64,000 bases of DNA from Candidatus Latescibacterota bacterium (GTDB lineage Bacteria; Latescibacterota; CBDEFO01), in assembly GCA_965237525.1 (NCBI GenBank), contig CBDEFO010000007.1, positions 384,001 through 448,000 on the forward strand, written 5' to 3'. This document shows positions 1 through 9,589 of this stretch, piece after piece. The notes beneath the pieces were generated by a model. The model was not told the DNA's origin. It saw only the letters and a list, made by a program, of their open reading frames with translations, and ran no database searches. Positions within the stretch are counted from its first letter, which is position 1. Every line of letters begins with the position of its first letter. Both the position numbers and the translations under genes were made by a program.

Positions 1-5
1 ATTCC

Positions 6-299
6 ATGTACGGTTTCTCCATGCTCACGGCTCATATCTCCGCGATGGTGGCTGCGTTCTTTGCCGTGGCTCTAGCCTCAGACACGCCCCCGTTTTTGAC
101 GGTGGCAGTACTCGCCTACTTCTCGAACCTATGCGCTTGCACGACGAACTACTCGACGGGGCCGGTCATCATCTACTTCGGCCTCGGCTACGTGGACCCG
201 GGCAAGTGGTTCCGGATCGGCTTCCTCATGTCACTTTTCCACCTCGTGATCTGGCTCGGCGTAGGCTTGGCATGGTGGAAGCTGATTGGGTGGTGGTAG
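6..299 (+). CDS. DASS family sodium/anion symporter, C-terminal part (5' end outside window)
   Basis: Hydrophobic helices with typical DASS C-terminus (TNYSTGPVIIYFGLGYV...W.RIG...WWKLIGWW). Confidence 0.8.
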   Translation: MYGFSMLTAHISAMVAAFFAVALASDTPPFLTVAVLAYFSNLCACTTNYSTGPVIIYFGLGYVDPGKWFRIGFLMSLFHLVIWLGVGLAWWKLIGWW

Positions 300-446
300 G
301 CGCCGACCGCCAAGAACACGATGCCCGCAAGCCCGACGAGGCGGGCTTCGCAGCAGAGCTACAGACGTGAGGTGCACAGGGTGGAGGTCACTCAACTTGC
401 GTGAACGGACCTGCGAATTGGCCACAAAGGATCCCACGATGCCGGA

Positions 447-702
447 CAAACTCTTCAATTGTGAAGTGGTTCGTTGGCGTTTGCCGTAAGACGAGGCCGG
501 GATGATTCGCGGCGAGAAAGAACTCGGTGAGCTTCCACCTGACATGATATATGTGTCGTACCCGAACGCGCATTTCTTCGGGGATGAAGTCGTGTTCTTC
601 TACGACTTCGGTCCTCAACTCGATGCCTCCACAGACCCACCCTCCTGGCCGCCCTACCGAAAGATCGTCATCCGTCCGATCTCGTGGCTGCATGAGAAGT
701 AA
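447..702 (+). pseudogene. Two orphan 3' fragments of BNR/sialidase-type genes
   Basis: 447-504 matches 43721-43778 at 54/58 nt (KLFNCEVVRWRLP*). 502-702 (YVSYPNAHFFGDEV...IRPISWLHEK*) resembles the C-terminus at 42110-42266 (HYANVDVIGDTV...RIYPLEWFYK*). Confidence 0.6.
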
Positions 703-999
703 TAACGAGAGAAGAGGTACTGCCAAGTATGTTACTCATTCGATAACAGTCACAGGACTGGACGTTTTGCGAAATTGCAATTTTTTTAGTTTTGTAGTTC
801 TCTCAAAATGTTTGGATGACAGATGACACTTAAACGCCAAATTGAACAAGCGCAGGGAGATGCCGTAGTCTTAGACAGGCTCTATAGACAAGCCGTAGCC
901 GCTGGAGAGGAGAGTACTTTTAAGGAGGCAATAGCTCAATATTTAAAAGGCTTGTGAAATAGTTATCTTGTAGGCAGCGTCTGAAACGCCAATTATGGG

Positions 1000-2375
1000 T
1001 CAAACAGTAGCATATCGTATCGTTTTGCTATGGGATAAGCAAAATAGTCTCATCAGAGTTCTCGTCAGCAAGGAATAGGAGCTGTTTGAAGAACAGGATG
1101 CACTCTCTTCGACAGATAGAGCACATGCAGATGCTTTCCCCCTTCTTATGAAGGACACAAGCCTCTTGAGATTCTGTACCGTTGCAACAAGATTTAACTG
1201 TTCATTCAGTGAGGCTAGTCCTCTGTAACGGGCTCGTCCCATACCGTGCTGTTGCTTGGCTTCAGCAAAGATATGTTCACTGCGTTTACGGAGTCTCTGG
1301 GAGAGTTTGTAGTCAGCTGTTAATGAGATAGACCGTGCATGATTTCTGGCTTTCGCCTCTCGCACTTTTCTATCCCATTCGGTCTGAATATGTGCGAAAT
1401 TTGTCTTCTTTTTTCCAAGTAGGAATGGGATCAATCTCTTCACCTGATCGCAGAGGAATGTGGGGTATGATCCCCCGGTCACATACATCGGCGATAAAAT
1501 TACCTGAACCGTAACCTTTATCGGCAGCAAGTGTCCGAACGTCTTCGGGAATGGTGTACGTCTCAAGGTCATCAACCATCTTAAGGGCACTTTCGGACTC
1601 TGCTGTCCCTGTCGCCTGTGTGCCCTGTGTCTCAAGGATTACTCTGCTTTTTGTGTCCCCGATAGATTCAATCGGGGATCAGATCACGGCCCATAAACGA
1701 GAGAAAAGCCCCTTTGCCCTTTGATTTCCTGTACAAGCGGGCGTCGGGGTCTGTAATCGAACGATGTGTTTGGTTCGTCCACTTTTCACCATGAAAGTCT
1801 TTATCCTGAGGATGCACAGACCTACCCTTTGTCTTATCACCTTCAAAACCAATTCCCTTGAGGTAGTCATCAAGAGAAACAGGAGGTTCTATCGGCTCAA
1901 TACTCTTCACTGAAGCATCAGCTTGTATCTGAGTGCCATCAACACTAAGGTGTTTACCGCTCACAAGACCGACATCTATGCAGCACTGGACTACCTGATA
2001 CATTATCCGTTCAAACAACCCACTCGATGCCCACTTGTGATTGCGAAGCTTGTTGATCGTGCTTCTATCCGGAACCGCATCCTCAAATGTCTGATGACAA
2101 AACAACCGATATGCCGCATGCATCCCCACTTCCTGACAGAGCCGATTCTCACTCAAATTATACAGATAGCCAATAAGGATAATTCGAACAACCAATTCAG
2201 GATCAATGCCAGGTGTGCCATTGTCAGGGCAATAACAATCTGATACAACGCCTAGTACAAATGAAAAATCAACTGCCTCATCAATCTGACGGAGGATATG
2301 ATCCTCGGGAACTAAATCCTCCATCTGAAAATAGTGAACAATCGGATTTGTCTGTTCCTTCTTTTGTGGGGTCAT
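1000..2375 (-). pseudogene. IS1182-family transposase pseudogene
   Basis: Split across ORFs 1668-2375, 1370-1579 and 1000-1410. Motifs LVPEDHILRQID, VDGTQIQADAS, ADKGY, RKRSEHIFAEAK. Confidence 0.9.
1658..1676. repeat. 19-bp hairpin element (cccgatagattcaatcggg)
   Basis: Absent from the homologous position in IS copies 2 and 3, where the site reads gtgtc^gatcag. Confidence 0.95.
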
Positions 2376-2485
2376 TCTTTCCTACATGTATAATATTATC
2401 AATAACATAATATAATACATTGGACCTGCTTTATCAATGCTTTTTTTATACTATTTTCTGAATCTAAGGGTTTTCACAAGGCTTC

Positions 2486-2724
2486 TAAGAGATGCAGGTA
2501 TTCGACGGATTCGGTTTCACGATCTGTGTCACACTTACGCCAGCTTGTTGATCGCCCATGGGGAAAGTCCCAAGTATATCCAGAATCAGCTTGGACACGC
2601 GTCCATCACAACGACACTGGATCGGTATGGTCATCTGATGCCGGAGGTTCATCGGGAGGCAGCAAAGCGACTGGACGACCAGTTGTTTGGCGGGTTTAGG
2701 AGATTTACAGTAGAAAAACAGTAG
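2486..2724 (+). pseudogene. Tyrosine recombinase/integrase C-terminal fragment truncated by the IS
   Basis: RFHDLCHTYASLLI...YIQNQLGHASITTTLDRYGHL (HxxR box degenerate, LGH and catalytic Tyr present). Confidence 0.85.
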
Positions 2725-2773
2725 AAAAAACGCAACGGGCTTCGACAGAGTTTTCGTAGCCCGTTGCGTTTTT
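2725..2773. terminator. Bidirectional intrinsic terminator
   Basis: aaaaaacgcaacgggc-loop-gcccgttgcgttttt between convergent genes. Confidence 0.75.
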
Positions 2774-2860
2774 ATGTCGTATTCAGAAGGACGCGAACCA
2801 TGAGCTTATTGATCAGTTGTCAAGTAATTTTTTTCCACTGTTCCCCCCGTCGCTTTCTAC

Positions 2861-3955
2861 TTATTTCACCATTCCTCTGGCCTTGACCTTCCAGGCTAAT
2901 TCGACTTTATCGTTTCTTATTCCGACTATTTCGTCCCACAGGTTGGATACTACACAGGCGTGTACGGGGATTATCTCCAATCTGTCACCGATCTTTATAT
3001 CTTTGGAAGGCTTGTCCAACCTCAGGATTCCGTGTTCTTCGTTCGACCAATCGTAGATGACTCCGTCTATTCCCTTGATTATTCCCAGTCCCTTTGCAAA
3101 GGGATGCGTGTCGCTTGTGAAGGTTTTATTTCCTCCATCTATGACGGCTCTGTCTCGTGCAGGTCTGCTGACTACTGTGGATATGACACTAAGGGCACAT
3201 CTTTCCTGGTCTACTACGTTCAACCCTACGGCTGATGCGTCGTAATAGACGTAGTTTCCGGGTCTTTCTTCAGTGACTCCTTTGATCTTGCAGGTCTCTG
3301 CCGAGGTGGGCGTGGCACCCATGCTGATTTCTTCGATGTTGAAGCCGTCACCCCGCAGTAGATCAGCGTTTGCTACCATTTCTTCGGCAGATTCTGTGCC
3401 TATCTTTATTCCCTGTTTTCTGTCATCGGTAGTATGTACATGCCCTGCGTGAGAGTATATCCCTATGATATTGATGCCGTTGAGCTTGGATACGTCTCTT
3501 GCAAACTGCAAAGTCGGCTCTCCCGGTAGAACCCCTGTGCGCTTAAAGCCTGTGTCTACCTCTATCAGTACGTCTACGGAAAGCCCTCTTGATTTTAGGT
3601 AATCTGACATCATCGAGGCGGCTTCCAGATCCTCTACGGAGGTTCTTATTTTGCATCTTCCCATTAGGGCTTCTAATCGCCGCATCTTACGTTCACCTAT
3701 AAGGGGATAGGCGACAAATATGTCTTCTATTCCCTCACAGCACATAATCTCCGCTTCGCCGAGTTTGGCGACTGTGATGCCTACAGCTCCTGCTCCTATC
3801 TGCATTCGGGCGATCTCCGGTATCTTATGGCTCTTGATGTGGGGACGGAGTTTGACCCCATAGCTCTGGACTGCATCCTGCATTTCGCAAATATTTCTGG
3901 AGAGTTTGTCCAGATCTACAACAGCTACGGGAGTTTCGAGTTGATCTTTGTGCAT
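2861..3955 (-). CDS. PLP-dependent fold-type III enzyme (D-threonine aldolase / D-serine dehydratase DSD1 family)
   Basis: TP..VVDLD, LRPHIKSHK, EVDTGFKRTGV, GATPT, RPGNY, EEHG, IIPVHAC. Confidence 0.9.
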   Translation of the reverse strand: MHKDQLETPVAVVDLDKLSRNICEMQDAVQSYGVKLRPHIKSHKIPEIARMQIGAGAVGITVAKLGEAEIMCCEGIEDIFVAYPLIGERKMRRLEALMGRCKIRTSVEDLEAASMMSDYLKSRGLSVDVLIEVDTGFKRTGVLPGEPTLQFARDVSKLNGINIIGIYSHAGHVHTTDDRKQGIKIGTESAEEMVANADLLRGDGFNIEEISMGATPTSAETCKIKGVTEERPGNYVYYDASAVGLNVVDQERCALSVISTVVSRPARDRAVIDGGNKTFTSDTHPFAKGLGIIKGIDGVIYDWSNEEHGILRLDKPSKDIKIGDRLEIIPVHACVVSNLWDEIVGIRNDKVELAWKVKARGMVK

Positions 3956-4143
3956 GTCCTACGCTCCTGTGGATAACTATTATGGGCTTGACTTGTGGAT
4001 TTGTCGGCCTTATATTTCTTGGGTTGGCAATGGAATAAGATAAGCATTTGTCTTTCAAATATCCAGTTAAATTTGTGCATTTTGCACCGAACATAGTCAA
4101 AATATGCAGACAGCCAACAGTATACAGGGATGGGAGGCGGTGC

Positions 4144-4169
4144 CCTGTCTACTGACCACTGTCTACTGA
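4144..4169. repeat. Short heptamer-type tandem repeat (cagtaga-like on minus strand)
   Basis: ctgtctactgaccactgtctactg; related cagtag/gtagacag units flank the hairpin loci near 8880, 22970 and 26945. Confidence 0.45.
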
Positions 4170-4185
4170 AATGTGAGGAGGGACA

Positions 4186-4704
4186 GTGGAAATACTTAAA
4201 ATTTTTTATTCCTTCGCCAAGGTCGGGATCTTTGGATATGGCGGAGGACCTTCGATGTTACCTCTGATCCAGGAGGAGGTTGTGGATGTGAACAGGTGGA
4301 TGACCGTCGAGGAGTTTACAGACGCTCTTGCTATGGGAAATTCGCTTCCGGGACCGATAGCTACCAAGATGGCTGCCTATGTGGGATTTAAGATCTCTGG
4401 CATCCTGGGGGCTATATCGGGGATAATAGGCGTAATATTCCCTTCGGCCGTGGCTATGTTGGTTCTGGCCACAATATTTTTTGAGATAAAGGATTCTCCC
4501 AAGACCAAGTCGGTCCTCGAGGCGGTAAGGCCGGTGATCGTGGCGCTTATGTTTATGATAGTTTACGAGATATTCCCCAAGTCTGTGATTTCGTGGCACA
4601 CGGCAGCAATAGCTCTTGCTGCATTTGTGTTAGTGGTCTTTTTTAACGTTCACCCTGCGCTGACAATTTTAGGGGCGGCGATCATAGGTTTCATATTCTA
4701 CTAA
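4186..4704 (+). CDS. Short-chain chromate transporter (ChrA family)
   Basis: GYGGGPSMLPLI...SLPGPIA motifs; hydrophobic. Confidence 0.9.
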   Translation: MEILKIFYSFAKVGIFGYGGGPSMLPLIQEEVVDVNRWMTVEEFTDALAMGNSLPGPIATKMAAYVGFKISGILGAISGIIGVIFPSAVAMLVLATIFFEIKDSPKTKSVLEAVRPVIVALMFMIVYEIFPKSVISWHTAAIALAAFVLVVFFNVHPALTILGAAIIGFIFY

Positions 4705-4723
4705 TCGATCAAAAAAGGGAGAG

Positions 4724-5420
4724 ATGCCCTGAAGACAGATAGAAAAACAGTGCTGATTGCTGCTGCTGCGGGAAATATCGGATCCAATATAGCTAAAGCT
4801 CTCAGTCCTTATCATGTTCTGACCTTGATATATTGTAAGGTTGGACAAGGGATTATTTAAGCGGACGTGCGCCGGTACAATAAATGCTTGACGGAGCACT
4901 TTGAATCTATAGATGTGCTGCTCAATTTTGCCTCCAATCCGTGTGCATCAATATCGTGGAGGGAGGCAGGAGTTAATTTCAGTTTGCCTGCCAACGCGCT
5001 AAATTCATGCGTCTACGGTGGTGTAAAGCGAATCGGAATGGCAAGCTCCAATCATACCTTAAGCGGATACGAACATGCTGAACAGCCACCGGAGACTTAC
5101 ACTCCTGAAACAGAACCGAACCTTGGAAATCCCTATGGGCTGTAAAGTATATAGAGGAGAAGCTATCTTTAAGTTTTCATCAGGCGTACGCGTTGGAGGT
5201 GGTTATGTTCAAGATAGGTTGGGTCAGAACGGATGAAAATCCTCCTCTCTACGCACTGGCCGGGGCTATGTGTTGTGGCTGAGCAATGACGCCGCCGCAC
5301 AGCTTTCCCGAAAAGTTGTGGAGGCCCAGAATATCACCTATCACGTTTTGAGCGCCACTCGATGACGTGCGACGGGCTTTGGGATATGAATCGGCAGATG
5401 GCGCGATGAAAACAAGGTAA
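4724..5420 (+). pseudogene. NAD-dependent epimerase/dehydratase (uronate dehydrogenase-like) remnant
   Basis: Broken frames give VLIAAAAGNIGS (Rossmann-like), ASSNH, GNPYGL*K, LWLS and a ALGYE C-terminus. Confidence 0.6.
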
Positions 5421-5427
5421 AGAGGAT

Positions 5428-6777
5428 ATGAACTACAAGGAGGCGTACGATTATGTCTACAGCTTCATAGACTACGAGAGGGTAAGAGACAGTAGATACG
5501 ACCGCCGCTCTTACAATATAGAGAGGACTTCGGCTCTGCTTGAACTCTTGGGGAATCCGCACAGGGATTTTGACGCTGTGCACATCGCTGGCACGAAGGG
5601 AAAGGGGTCAACCGCTGCGATGGTGGCGTCTATCTTGAGGTCAGCGGGGCTTTCCGTAGGTCTCTTTACGTCTCCTCATCTTCTCGATTTCAGAGAGCGG
5701 ATAAATGTCGGTGGGAAGATGATCTCTAGAGAAGATATATGTCGAGAGGTCGAGCGTATTGAGCCTTGTGTGCGAAAGATAACGAGAAAGCCTGAGTTTA
5801 AGGACCTGACTTTCTGGGAGGTGTTGACGTCTCTATCTTTTGACTATTTTTCTCAAAAGAAGGTAAATTTTGCTGTGGTCGAAGTGGGAATGGGCGGGAG
5901 GTTGGACGCCACGAATGTTCTTTCTCCCGCCCTTTCGGCTATTACTCCTATCGGCTTGGATCATATGGATAAGTTGGGGGATACGGTGGAGAGGATAGCG
6001 TCGGAGAAAGCGGGGATTATCAAGGAGAACGGAGTCGTAATAAGCGGGGTTCAGCCCCCGAAAGCCGCAGAGGTCATCTGCTCTTTCTGTGAGCGTAAAG
6101 GGGCCAGGTTGGTGGAATTGGGCGTGGATGTCATATTCAAAAGGGAGTCCTTCTGCATGTCAAGTCAGGTTTTTTCTCTGAGGACTCCGACAAGAAGGTA
6201 CGAGGATCTCAGGATCCCTTTGATAGGACGGCATCAGGTGGAGAACGCCGCTATGGCGGCGGCGATTGTCGACCTCTTATCTCTTTCGGAAGATATTCCG
6301 CCCGAACAGAGAGGTGCCCTATCTGAAGGGGCAATTAGAGATGGATTGTCTTCTGTAGTATTGCCGGGGCGCCTTCAGATAGTCTCCCAAAAGCCGACCC
6401 TTGTTTTAGATGGGGCGCATAATCCGGATAAGGCTAAAGCTCTCAGAGAGGCCGTGGAGGAGTTTTTTAGATACAACAGGTTGATATTAGTATTCGGAGC
6501 AAATCTGGACAAGGACATACCGGCATTCTGGAGAGAGATCGGGGATATGTGTGATATAGTAGTGCTGACGAAGGTGGATTTCCCGAAGGCGGTGGAGCCT
6601 GAGTTTATAGCTGAGGGGATAGAAAAGCCTAAAAGCAAGGTGATAATAACTCAGAATGTGGCTGAGGCTATAGACAAAGCGCGCTCGGAGGCTGCCCCGG
6701 ATGATCTTATATTGGTAACGGGCTCTTTCTATGTTGTAGGAGATGCTATGAAGCACTTAGGGATAGAGGCTTCATAG
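5428..6777 (+). CDS. folC: Folylpolyglutamate synthase / dihydrofolate synthase
   Basis: HIAGTKGKGST, FTSPHL, EVGMGGRLDATN, DGAHN, TGSFY. Confidence 0.95.
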   Translation: MNYKEAYDYVYSFIDYERVRDSRYDRRSYNIERTSALLELLGNPHRDFDAVHIAGTKGKGSTAAMVASILRSAGLSVGLFTSPHLLDFRERINVGGKMISREDICREVERIEPCVRKITRKPEFKDLTFWEVLTSLSFDYFSQKKVNFAVVEVGMGGRLDATNVLSPALSAITPIGLDHMDKLGDTVERIASEKAGIIKENGVVISGVQPPKAAEVICSFCERKGARLVELGVDVIFKRESFCMSSQVFSLRTPTRRYEDLRIPLIGRHQVENAAMAAAIVDLLSLSEDIPPEQRGALSEGAIRDGLSSVVLPGRLQIVSQKPTLVLDGAHNPDKAKALREAVEEFFRYNRLILVFGANLDKDIPAFWREIGDMCDIVVLTKVDFPKAVEPEFIAEGIEKPKSKVIITQNVAEAIDKARSEAAPDDLILVTGSFYVVGDAMKHLGIEAS

Positions 6778-6786
6778 GAGCATAAT

Positions 6787-7533
6787 CTATTCGTTAATGC
6801 AAAAGAGCGAGTTTTTGGCTGGTATATCACTCTTGATGCCCGAGTAGTGATAAACCCTGGTGATCTCTTTCCCATTTTCAATTATGGGTGTCGGCCCTTC
6901 GATGACAAAGTCGGAAAAGTGGGGAGTGTTGAACGCTACAAATGCCAGACTCAACGCCTCGATGTTCCGATCGTACCTGTTTGTCAGATCAGGAAACAAA
7001 ACAGGGCCAGTATCGACCTGATAGATGCTTTTTCCCTCATTGGCGTTCAGAGTCTTGACGGGATATTCGATGATCGCTCGCATCTTGGTGTTATCGTTCC
7101 ATATCTCAGTCCTTCCGACGACCGGAAGACCCTTCAGCGCTGTCTGTACGACCTTTGCATTATCATCGAGGACCTGTACCGAACTTGCTTTCTTGATGAC
7201 AAATCTGTGTCCTCCCCAGACATCTTTTGCCTTGCGGTATTCGATGTAGTTTGCCCTGCGGGGTTCGATGTAGTCCGGATTGCAGAGGGCGTGTCTTCTG
7301 AAGAAGACGATGTCCTCTTGACTGAAGACAGGCAGGAAATCGTAGTTGGGATCCTGGAAGAGATCTTTTTCTGCAAAGGTGTGTTCGCTCTTGCACGATG
7401 CACACTGGTAGTAACCGTCTTGGGTCCCATTCTCCTCATCTATGATCTTACAGTAGGACTCGACCCAAAACTGGGGTGCATTTTCTGGTCCTGTCGTACA
7501 GACAAACGATTTCCCAAAGTCAATGCAGTCCAT
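6787..7533 (-). CDS. Hypothetical protein with CxSCKSEH motif
   Basis: 248-aa ORF with RBS (aaggag), co-oriented downstream of the aminotransferase. Confidence 0.7.
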   Translation of the reverse strand: MDCIDFGKSFVCTTGPENAPQFWVESYCKIIDEENGTQDGYYQCASCKSEHTFAEKDLFQDPNYDFLPVFSQEDIVFFRRHALCNPDYIEPRRANYIEYRKAKDVWGGHRFVIKKASSVQVLDDNAKVVQTALKGLPVVGRTEIWNDNTKMRAIIEYPVKTLNANEGKSIYQVDTGPVLFPDLTNRYDRNIEALSLAFVAFNTPHFSDFVIEGPTPIIENGKEITRVYHYSGIKSDIPAKNSLFCINE

Positions 7534-7594
7534 TATTTTCTCCTTGCTATAACTTCAATCGTCTTCACGGAATTACTGTAATAATCTGACGCCG

Positions 7595-8830
7595 CTACAG
7601 CAGTTCATCCACATTTTCCACCACCTTCTCTACGGCTCTGATTATATCTTTCATATCTTCCTCTGTTCCCAAAAGAACGCTGTGTTTAAGCCAGCCCACT
7701 GTCTCCTTGCAGATTCTCTCGCAGTTGGGAAGATAGACTTTTGTGTAGTCTATTTCCACTGCGTAGTAGAGACGCGATACGGGACGGTATTTGGGTCCTT
7801 CTCCCATATTCTGGAAGAATGGATTCTTGTAGAGAGGTATGTCATAACCCGTTCCGAAGGGTACTCCTTCAGCGTTGACGCCTTCTATGAAGCGTTCCCT
7901 TGGGAGTCCCTCGAATTTATCCTGGTCATATCTGAGCAGGTAGAGGTGATTTGAGCTCCTGCCGACTCGAGGGTCTCTCTTTGCCGGGGTAATTCCGTCT
8001 ATTTGTGAGAATCCTTCCGTGAGTATGGCTGCGTTTTTCTCTCTGAGGTGGCTGTGTTGCTCGAATCTTTCGAGTTGCGCGAGGAGAATGGCACCCTGAA
8101 TTTCAGTCATTCTGTAGTTTGTGCCAAGGATGTAGTGTTCGTACCAGGGCTTGTTCTTACCCCTGCCGCAGTTGATGAAGGATCGAGCCTGATCTGCAAT
8201 TTCCTCGTTATTGGTGAGGAGTATGCCGCCTTCTCCTGCGGTTATGTTCTTGCTCATCTGGAAGCTGAAACAGCCCACATCTCCGATAGCTCCGACCTTT
8301 GTTCCGTTCCATATGCTTCCCCAGGCTTGAGCGGCATCCTCTATTACGCCGAGATTGTGTTTTTTGGCGATCTCCTTGATCTCATCCATATTGGCGGGGA
8401 GTCCGGCAAAGTGGACGGGGAGGATGGCTTTGGTCCTTTCGGTTATGGCGTCTTCTAGCTTTTGGGGGTCTATATTCCATGTGTCAAGTTCGATGTCCAC
8501 AAAGATGGGGACGGCGTTCATCTTTAACACTGAACTTGCGGTAGCCATAAATGTGTAGGGCGGGACTATGACTTCGTCTCCCGCGCCGATTCCCAAAGAT
8601 AGGATGGCAGTCTCTAAGGCCGTTGTGCCACTCGTGGTGGTGATGCCAAATGTTGCATCGTGGTAAGCTGCGTACTTCTCCTCGAACTCGTGAACTTTCT
8701 CTCCGTACCACCATTTTCCGCTACTGAGTACCTCGTTTACGAGTTCTTTTTCTCTTTCGCCGTGCACTGGCCAGCCTGCAAAAGGTTTCACGCGGACTTT
8801 CTCTCCTCCGTTGATGGCTAACTTGGGCAT
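7595..8830 (-). CDS. DegT/DnrJ/EryC1/StrS family aminotransferase
   Basis: SGTTAL, VPPYTF.AT, EDAAQAWG, FSFQMSKNITAGEGG, GTNYRM. Confidence 0.95.
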   Translation of the reverse strand: MPKLAINGGEKVRVKPFAGWPVHGEREKELVNEVLSSGKWWYGEKVHEFEEKYAAYHDATFGITTTSGTTALETAILSLGIGAGDEVIVPPYTFMATASSVLKMNAVPIFVDIELDTWNIDPQKLEDAITERTKAILPVHFAGLPANMDEIKEIAKKHNLGVIEDAAQAWGSIWNGTKVGAIGDVGCFSFQMSKNITAGEGGILLTNNEEIADQARSFINCGRGKNKPWYEHYILGTNYRMTEIQGAILLAQLERFEQHSHLREKNAAILTEGFSQIDGITPAKRDPRVGRSSNHLYLLRYDQDKFEGLPRERFIEGVNAEGVPFGTGYDIPLYKNPFFQNMGEGPKYRPVSRLYYAVEIDYTKVYLPNCERICKETVGWLKHSVLLGTEEDMKDIIRAVEKVVENVDELL

Positions 8831-8882
8831 CCTTTCCCTTCCTTTTTTCTGACAGGGCTGAGAGGAGTCGCCCTGTCTATCC

Positions 8883-8901
8883 CCTGATTAAGTCTATCGG
8901 G
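8883..8901. repeat. 19-bp hairpin element (variant)
   Basis: cctgattaagtctatcggg; reverse complement cccgatagacttaatcagg. Confidence 0.8.
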
Positions 8902-8919
8902 AGCTACTGCTTACTTGTT

Positions 8920-9552
8920 TTATAGGCGGATTATCCTGCAAAGCGTTGCAGTTTGTGCGCCGCAGAGGCAGAAGTCTCTGTCTTTTATGGCCGGTCCGTA
9001 TGGTTCGGGGTCTGATTCATTAAGTTGTACTTCATCCACATCTCTCCGATTCGAACGTCGGATTCGTATATGGTTCTACGGTTTGTCCCAACGCACCAGA
9101 GGAAATCGGATTCCCAAGTTATACCGTGAGGTCTGCTTCCGGGCGCGGGGAATGAGTGGAGGACCGACAGGTCTTCCGGGTCGAGTTGATAGGTCGTGGC
9201 AGAGGGCGGATTTGAGACCCAGAGCTTCCCCTCTTTCCATTGATGCGGTGTGATCCCCTGCTCGTGGGCTCGGCAGAGGGAAAGGATCTGATTGTGGAAC
9301 CGTTATAAGGTGAGACTTTGAGTATCCTCCGGTCGAGGGTGGAGGAAATCCACCGGCGCCGCCCGAAAAAGTTATGCCGCCGGGTCGGTAGGATTCGGTC
9401 TGAAGGTTCAGAACTAAGGAACTGCCCTCGTCGCTTACCCTTTGGACTCGATCTGTGCCCTGGTCGATTCTCCAGAGGCCCTCATCCTTCGCTAGATGTC
9501 CGCCAGGATGTGAGTTAGGGGATTTGAAGGGTGTTTCCACTTTTATAGGCAT
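8920..9552 (-). pseudogene. Frameshifted beta-propeller protein (Vgb/glutaminyl cyclase-like repeats)
   Basis: Repeats recoverable across frames: FKSPNSHPGG..EGLWRID, WISST, KLWVSNPPS, FPAPGSRPHGITW..LWC. Confidence 0.55.
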
Positions 9553-9589
9553 AGCAAAAATCTCCAATGATAAGAGGAGGCAAATGAGA

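Larger units (their letters stand above)
946..2485 (-). mobile_element. IS1182-family-like insertion sequence, copy 1 (inactivated)
   Basis: Terminal inverted repeats (aaggcttgtgaaa / tttcacaaggctt), flanking TA, colinear with the copies at 20652 and 37413. Transposase broken by a 19-bp insertion (1658-1676) and one extra base near 1410. Confidence 0.9.

Noticed and set aside
1370..1680. Programmed frameshifting in IS copy 1
   Set aside because: Copies 2 and 3 encode the transposase in one frame, so the breaks are mutations or errors.
2690..2860. tRNA or att site after the integrase fragment
   Set aside because: Only a short agtagaaaaa repeat and a terminator; no tRNA 3' end recognised.
6847..7581. 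244-aa plus-strand ORF
   Set aside because: Shadow of 6787-7533, which has an RBS and operon context.
8920..9552. Possible large ncRNA (RNase P or OLE-like) in an ORF-poor gap
   Set aside because: No GAGGAAAGTCC or other hallmark; the minus strand translates across frameshifts into beta-propeller repeats.
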